A stretch of 64,000 nt of DNA, taken from NCBI GenBank assembly GCA_963718235.1, contig CAVQYR010000001.1, forward strand, positions 1,856,001-1,920,000. The letters are read 5' to 3'. The notes under the pieces are model-generated. The model was not told the DNA's origin. It searched no databases and was given only the letters and a program-made list of their open reading frames with translations. The first letter of the stretch is position 1. Each line of letters begins with the position of its first letter. A program made the position numbers and the translations under genes. Positions 58,826 through 64,000 of the stretch are shown piece after piece. This DNA is from an uncultured Actinomycetota bacterium. GTDB lineage: Bacteria; Actinomycetota; Actinomycetes; JAHEKZ01.

Positions 58826-61491
58826 GCCGCTGAGTCCCAGGTCCTGCCGAGCCCGACGCTGACCTCGAGCGGTGCCCGGAGGGGGTAGGCCTCGCGCATG
58901 TGGTGGCGCACGAGGGCCTCGAGGGCCTCGGTCTCCCCTGGCGCCACCTCGAGCACCAGCTCGTCATGGACCTGCAGCAGCAGTCTCGACCGCAGACCCG
59001 ACGCACGCAGGGCCGCGTCGACATCGAGCATGGCCACCTTGATGATGTCGGCCGCCGAGCCCTGGATCGGCGCGTTCAGCGCCATCCGCTCGGCCATCTC
59101 CCGGCGCTGACGGTTGTCGCTCGTGAGGTCCGGGAGGTACCGGCGACGGCCCATCACGGTCTCGGTGTAGCCCGACATCCGAGCCTCCTCGACGATCCCG
59201 GCGAGGTAGTCGCGCACACCCCCGAACCGGGCGAAGTACTCATCCATCAGCGCCCGGGCCTCGTCGGGGGCGATCCCGAGCTGCTGAGCCAGCCCGTAGG
59301 CGGACAGCCCGTAGGCCAGCCCGTAGGACATGGCCTTGATCTTCGACCGCATCGCCGGGTCCACGGCGTCCGGCTCGACCGCGAAGACCGACGACGCGAC
59401 GGTGGTGTGGAGGTCCTCCCCCGAGGCGAACGCCTCGATCAGCGCCTCGTCAGCGGACAGGTGGGCCATGATCCGCATCTCGACCTGGCTGTAGTCGGCG
59501 GTCATGAGCGTCTCGAACTCGGGTCCGACCACGAACGCCGCCCGGATCCGCCGCCCCTCGTCGGTGCGGATGGGGATGTTCTGCATGTTGGGGTCGGTGG
59601 ACGACAGCCGACCGGTCGCGGCGACGGTCTGGTTGTACGTCGTGTGGATCCGGCCGTCGTCGGCCACCGACCGCTGGAGCCCCTCGACGGTCACCAGCAG
59701 CTTGGAGACGTCCCGGTGGCGCAGGAGATGCTCCAGGAACGGGTGGTCGGTGCTCGCGTAGAGCCCGGTGAGCGCCTCGGCGTCGGTGGTGTACCCCGTC
59801 TTGATCCGCTTGGTCTTGGGCAGGCCGAGCTCGTCGAACAGCACGCCCTGCAGCTGCTTGGGTGACCCGAGGTTCACCTCGTGCCCGATCACGGCGTACG
59901 CCAGGTCGGCCGCCCGCTTGACCTCCTCGGCGAAGTGCTGCCGCAGCCCGTCCAGGTACTCCTGGTCGACGCCGACCCCCACCTGCTCCATGGCCACGAG
60001 CACGGCGGTCAGCGGCAGCTCGACCTCCTGCAGCAGCCGGGTACCCCCGTGCGCCTCGACCGCGCCGTCGAGCACCACGGCGAGGTCGCGGACGGCTGCC
60101 GCCTGCGCGCCGCTGGCCGCGGCCGCCTCAGCCTCGGGGTCGCCGCCCAGCATCAGCTGACCGTCTCCCGCGTCGCTGCCCAGGTCGCGACCGAGGTAGC
60201 GCACCGTGAGGTCGACCAGGTCGTAGCTGCGCTGGTCCGGACGGACGAGGTAGGCCGCCAGCGCGGTGTCGGCCGTCAGCCCCTCGACCCCCCAGCCGTG
60301 AGCCGCCAGTGCCAGGAGTGGCCCGTTGGCGTCGTGCATCGCCTTCTCGACGGCGGGGTCGGACAGCCATGAGGCCCAGGCCCGCTCACTGTCCGTGTCC
60401 AGCCCGGCCGGCTCGAACCAGCACACCGGCCCGTCCGCGGCCGCCACGGCGACGGAGTCGACCCGTCCGGTGCCGCGTCCCCATGCCCCTGAGACGACCA
60501 GGGCGTGGCGCGACCCAGCGGGTGCGTGCTCGGCGAGCCAGTGCCCGAGGGCGGCCGCCTCGACCCGCTCGACGTCCGGCTCGACCGCGGGTGCGGCGAT
60601 CGGCTCGTCGCTGTCCAGGGTCGCGTAGAGGCGGTCGCGCAGCACCCGGAACTGCAGGGCGTCGAAGACCTCGTGCACGGCCTCTCGGTCCCAGGCTTCA
60701 CGCTGGAGGGCGTCAGGGGTCACGTCGAGCGGGACGTCGCGGACCAGCTCGGTCAGTCGCCGGTTCGTGACCACCTGGGCCAGGTGCAGACGCAGCGCCT
60801 CACCCACCTTCCCCTTCACCTCGTCGGCGCGGTCCACCAACGCGTCCAGCGAACCGAACTCCCGCACCCATTTGGCCGCCGTCTTGTCACCGACCCCGGG
60901 GATTCCCGGCAGGTTGTCGCTCGGGTCTCCGCGCAGCGCTGCGTAGTCGGGGTATTGGGCGGGGGTGAGCCCGTACTTGTCCTCCACTGCCGCAGGAGTC
61001 ATCCGGGCCAGGTCGGAGACGCCCTTGCGCGGGTAGAGGACGGTGACGTCCGGGTCGACCAGCTGGAAGGCGTCGCGGTCGCCGGTGATCACCGCCACCT
61101 CGTATCCCAGGGCCTCGGCCTGCGTGGTCAGCGTCGCGATGATGTCGTCGGCCTCGTACCCGTCGACGGCCAGCCAGGGGATGTGCAGGGCCTGCAGCAC
61201 TTCCTGGATCAGGCTGACCTGCCCCTTGAACGGCTCAGGCGTCGCGCTGCGGTTGGCCTTGTAGTCGGCGAACTCCGCTGTGCGAAACGTCGTCCGGGAC
61301 ACGTCGAAGGCGACCGCCAGGTGGCTCGGCTCCTCGTCCCGCAGCGCGTTGATCAACATCGACGTGAAGCCGTAGACCGCATTGGTCGGCTGGCCGGTCG
61401 ACGTCGAGAAGTTCTCGACCGGCAGGGCGTAGAACGCCCGGTAGGCCAGGGAGTGTCCGTCGAGCAGCAGCAGGCGCGGTCGGGAGGTCAC
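58819..61491 (-). CDS. polA: DNA polymerase I
   Basis: LLLDGHSLAYRAF, YEADD, TGRLSS.DPN.QNIP, ADYSQVEMR, NAPIQGSAAD, LQVHDEL. Confidence 0.97.
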   Translation of the reverse strand: MTSRPRLLLLDGHSLAYRAFYALPVENFSTSTGQPTNAVYGFTSMLINALRDEEPSHLAVAFDVSRTTFRTAEFADYKANRSATPEPFKGQVSLIQEVLQALHIPWLAVDGYEADDIIATLTTQAEALGYEVAVITGDRDAFQLVDPDVTVLYPRKGVSDLARMTPAAVEDKYGLTPAQYPDYAALRGDPSDNLPGIPGVGDKTAAKWVREFGSLDALVDRADEVKGKVGEALRLHLAQVVTNRRLTELVRDVPLDVTPDALQREAWDREAVHEVFDALQFRVLRDRLYATLDSDEPIAAPAVEPDVERVEAAALGHWLAEHAPAGSRHALVVSGAWGRGTGRVDSVAVAAADGPVCWFEPAGLDTDSERAWASWLSDPAVEKAMHDANGPLLALAAHGWGVEGLTADTALAAYLVRPDQRSYDLVDLTVRYLGRDLGSDAGDGQLMLGGDPEAEAAAASGAQAAAVRDLAVVLDGAVEAHGGTRLLQEVELPLTAVLVAMEQVGVGVDQEYLDGLRQHFAEEVKRAADLAYAVIGHEVNLGSPKQLQGVLFDELGLPKTKRIKTGYTTDAEALTGLYASTDHPFLEHLLRHRDVSKLLVTVEGLQRSVADDGRIHTTYNQTVAATGRLSSTDPNMQNIPIRTDEGRRIRAAFVVGPEFETLMTADYSQVEMRIMAHLSADEALIEAFASGEDLHTTVASSVFAVEPDAVDPAMRSKIKAMSYGLAYGLSAYGLAQQLGIAPDEARALMDEYFARFGGVRDYLAGIVEEARMSGYTETVMGRRRYLPDLTSDNRQRREMAERMALNAPIQGSAADIIKVAMLDVDAALRASGLRSRLLLQVHDELVLEVAPGETEALEALVRHHMREAYPLRAPLEVSVGLGRTWDSAAH

Positions 61492-61539
61492 CGGTCGATC
61501 CTAGGGAGGTCGCACGGGCGCGGTCTCTAGTCTGAGGTC

Positions 61540-61965
61540 ATGCCCGGACCCGACCATGACGACCGCACGCACGACTACCGGGACCGGCTGCCGGACGCCG
61601 CGATCCATGAGCGGCTCGGGATCGAGGTGCTCGAGGCCACGATGGACCGGGTGGTCGGCCGGATGCCGGTCGAGGGGAACACCCAGCCCACGGGTCTGCT
61701 GCACGGCGGCGCGTCCTTGGTCCTGGCCGAGAGCCTCGGCTCGATCGGCGCCGCACTGCACGCCTACCCGACCGCTGTGCCAGTGGGGATCGAGATCAGC
61801 GCCTCACATCTACGCTCGGCGTGTCAGGGCATGGTCACCGGGACGGCGCTGCCCCTGCGGATCGGGCGAACCCTGAGCACCTGGCAGATCACCGTCGTCG
61901 ATGACGACGGCCGCGACCTCTGCACCGTTCGCCTGACTTGCCTGCTACGACCGAGCAGCGCGTGA
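61540..61965 (+). CDS. PaaI/hotdog-fold thioesterase
   Basis: GNTQP.GLLHGGAS..LAES, VGIEISA.H. Confidence 0.9.
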   Translation: MPGPDHDDRTHDYRDRLPDAAIHERLGIEVLEATMDRVVGRMPVEGNTQPTGLLHGGASLVLAESLGSIGAALHAYPTAVPVGIEISASHLRSACQGMVTGTALPLRIGRTLSTWQITVVDDDGRDLCTVRLTCLLRPSSA

Positions 61966-62505
61966 CCGGGCGCGCCGACTGACCAGTAGGGTCCGTCGCG
62001 CGTGCGGCTCGGCGCCGAGCTTGCGCTGGAGCGTGGCCAGGGGCACTGCCCGGCGTACCGAGAACGGGCTGAACCCGAGTCGGGCGAAGAACCGGTTGCT
62101 CTCCCTGGCGTTGGGGAGGACCGAGACGGTCACGTAGTCCAGACGTGACTCCTGCGCCCGCTGAGCGGCGGCGGCGACCAGTGCCCGACCCACGCCGCGA
62201 CGTCGACGGTCGTCTCGCACATGCATGAACGAGATCTGCATCGTGCGCTCGTCGGTCAGCGGGTTCATCGGCAGGACGCTGAGTACGGCGAGCCCCACGG
62301 GCTCGCCGTCAGACTCGACCACGACCAGCTCGTGGTCCGGCGAGTCGGCGATGGCCGACAGCCGCTCGCCCAGTCCGGCGAGCGTGCTCGGGGGCGCATA
62401 GGGTCCCCAGCGAGCCCCGGAGTCGCGCAGCTCGCCCCACAGGGTCGCCACCGCTTCGAGGTCGGAGCTGCGGGCCGGGCGGACCACGGGTGGGGTACGG
62501 GGCAC
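61945..62505 (-). CDS. GNAT family N-acetyltransferase
   Basis: VRPA..SDL, HV...RRRGVGRALV, SNRFFARLGF; GAGGAG RBS before GTG 62505. Confidence 0.82.
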   Translation of the reverse strand: MPRTPPVVRPARSSDLEAVATLWGELRDSGARWGPYAPPSTLAGLGERLSAIADSPDHELVVVESDGEPVGLAVLSVLPMNPLTDERTMQISFMHVRDDRRRRGVGRALVAAAAQRAQESRLDYVTVSVLPNARESNRFFARLGFSPFSVRRAVPLATLQRKLGAEPHARRTLLVSRRARSRAARS

Positions 62506-62563
62506 GTCGTCTCCTCTCACCACCGCCCACGGCCGCGGATGTGGTGTCCACCTAGGCTCCCCC

Positions 62564-63412
62564 GTGCAGCTGCAGCCTACGTCGCCCGGCCACTCGGGGT
62601 CGGCATCCCACTCGCCCGGCTGGCGGCATGAGACGGAGGTGCACGGCCAGGTGGTCATCGGCGCCGGAACGGCTCTCAACGTCGCCACCGTCCTCGTGGG
62701 CGGGTCGCTGGGCCTGCTCCTGGGCGGCCGGATGGCGGCGCGCACTCGTGAGGTGGTTACCGACGGGCTGGGGCTGGTGACCCTCGTCGTCGCGGGTCTC
62801 AACGCGCTGGCAGTCACCGACCCGGCCCTCAGCGAGGCCCTGGGAGACGGCTGGCCCCTGCTCGTCGTGCTGGCAGCCGTGGTCGTGGGTGGGGTCGTCG
62901 GCTCGCTGCTGCGCCTCGAGTCCCGCCTCGAGTCGCTGGGCGACGTGCTCGTGCGCCGGTTCGGCGGCGCCTCGGTCGCCGGCGTCGACGCAGCGTCCGA
63001 CCGACGACGCCTCGTCGAAGGCTTCGTCACGACGAGCCTGATCTTCTGTGTGGGCCCCCTCACCGTGCTCGGGTCGCTCCAGGACGGCCTGGGGCGGGGC
63101 ATCGACCTGCTCGCCCTCAAGGCGACCCTCGACGGCTTCGCGGCACTGGCCTTCGCCGCCTCGCTGGGCTGGGGGGTCCTGCTCTCGGCGTTCACCGTGC
63201 TGATCGTCCAGGGCGGGCTCACGCTCGCCGGCGCCGCGCTGGGAGACGTGCTGACCGACGCGCAGGTCGAGGCCCTGACGGCAACGGGCGGAGTCCTGCT
63301 GCTGGGAGTGGGCCTTCGCCTGCTACGGCTCAAGGCCGTCCCCGTGGCGGACCTCCTCCCAGCGCTTCTGGTCGCCCCCCTCCTGGTCTCCCTGCTCGTC
63401 GCCTTCCGCTGA
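62564..63412 (+). CDS. DUF554 family membrane protein (start may be 62651)
   Basis: GTALNVATV..G, EGFVT.SL.FCVGPL..LGS, KA.LDGFAA, multiple TM helices. Confidence 0.88.
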   Translation: MQLQPTSPGHSGSASHSPGWRHETEVHGQVVIGAGTALNVATVLVGGSLGLLLGGRMAARTREVVTDGLGLVTLVVAGLNALAVTDPALSEALGDGWPLLVVLAAVVVGGVVGSLLRLESRLESLGDVLVRRFGGASVAGVDAASDRRRLVEGFVTTSLIFCVGPLTVLGSLQDGLGRGIDLLALKATLDGFAALAFAASLGWGVLLSAFTVLIVQGGLTLAGAALGDVLTDAQVEALTATGGVLLLGVGLRLLRLKAVPVADLLPALLVAPLLVSLLVAFR

Positions 63413-63568
63413 CCGCGGCCACTCGGAGGCCGCAGAGCGTGGGCCTGGGCAATGAGGGGCATTTCGTGACCCGCGAAGCCACCCGCTGGGCCGCCGACCT
63501 GGCTATGCTCCGGCGCACGACGGACCGATCGCCAGGTCGGGACACCCCAACCACGAGGGGACGATCGG

Positions 63569-64000
63569 GTGCGCACACGGCTGCTTCAGGGCCTTCTCGT
63601 CGTCGTGATCGGGCTCATCGGCGCCGTAGGGTTCGCGGGCGTCGCACTGGCCGGCGTCGTACTGGCAGAGGACGAGCCGACTGGCACCATCCAGGGGTTC
63701 CTCCGCGACCTCGGAGGCAACCCGGTCCCGGGGGTCGACGTCACTGCCTCCGGTGCCGAAGACTTCTCGGGCACTGGAACCAGTGACCAGTCCGGACGCT
63801 GGGAGATCGCGGTACCGGGCCCGGGCACGTACACCGTCGAGCTGAATGTCGACACCCTTCCTGAGGGGGTGGCGGAGCCCACCAAGAACCCGATCGAGAA
63901 CGTCGTCGTGACCGGGTCGGCGCGTACGGTTCTGTTCACTCTGGGCGAGCGCGAGCGAGACCTCACGAGCAAGTGGGACCAGGCCGCCCAGCTCACCGTC
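63569..64000 (+). CDS. Probable branched-chain amino acid ABC transporter permease, N-terminal extracellular beta domain (3'-truncated)
   Basis: Translated by hand: VRTRLLQGLLVVVIG..GTIQGFL..PVPGVDV..SDQSGRWEIAVPGPGTYTVEL..TLPEG..QLTV. The permease call rests on this N-terminus and the polA neighbourhood, since the permease domain lies beyond the window. Confidence 0.6.
   Translation, partial: MRTRLLQGLLVVVIGLIGAVGFAGVALAGVVLAEDEPTGTIQGFLRDLGGNPVPGVDVTASGAEDFSGTGTSDQSGRWEIAVPGPGTYTVELNVDTLPEGVAEPTKNPIENVVVTGSARTVLFTLGERERDLTSKWDQAAQLTV

Overview
High-GC actinomycete chromosomal segment with Streptomyces/Nocardioides-like synteny. It holds about 60 CDSs and no rRNA, tRNA, CRISPR array or transposase that I could see. 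The conserved backbone runs SDR, ABC transporter, enoyl-CoA hydratase, gbn, ABC-F, the sufR-B-D-ferredoxin-C-S-U-T operon, an ABC-2 pair, ctaA/ctaB, tkt-tal-pgl, an RbpA-family gene, secG, tpiA-pgk-gap, whiA-yvcK-rapZ-uvrC-Rieske-uvrA, an MBL hydrolase, two terC genes, uvrB, coaE, rpsA, polA and a partial livH-like gene. Four accessory modules interrupt it. (1) A DUF4397 surface protein, class F sortase, SigK-like ECF sigma and RskA-like anti-sigma. (2) A Ser-rich exported protein divergent from an OmpR-type two-component system. (3) A secreted Ig/PxKF protein head-to-head with a tandem-cyclase-STAND-TPR protein resembling soluble adenylyl cyclase, which is the best candidate for an undescribed system. 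(4) A PAPS-supply block (cysQ-cysD-cysN plus CysC fused to a degenerate Sat domain) beside a priming glycosyltransferase, inserted between rpsA and coaE. zwf and opcA are missing from the pentose-phosphate operon, and the remaining Pgl has lost essentially all catalytic residues. Six genes carry single frame breaks, including the normally essential coaE, and a seventh has a compensated stretch; these are probably assembly errors. All calls come from motif recognition by eye, with no database searches.
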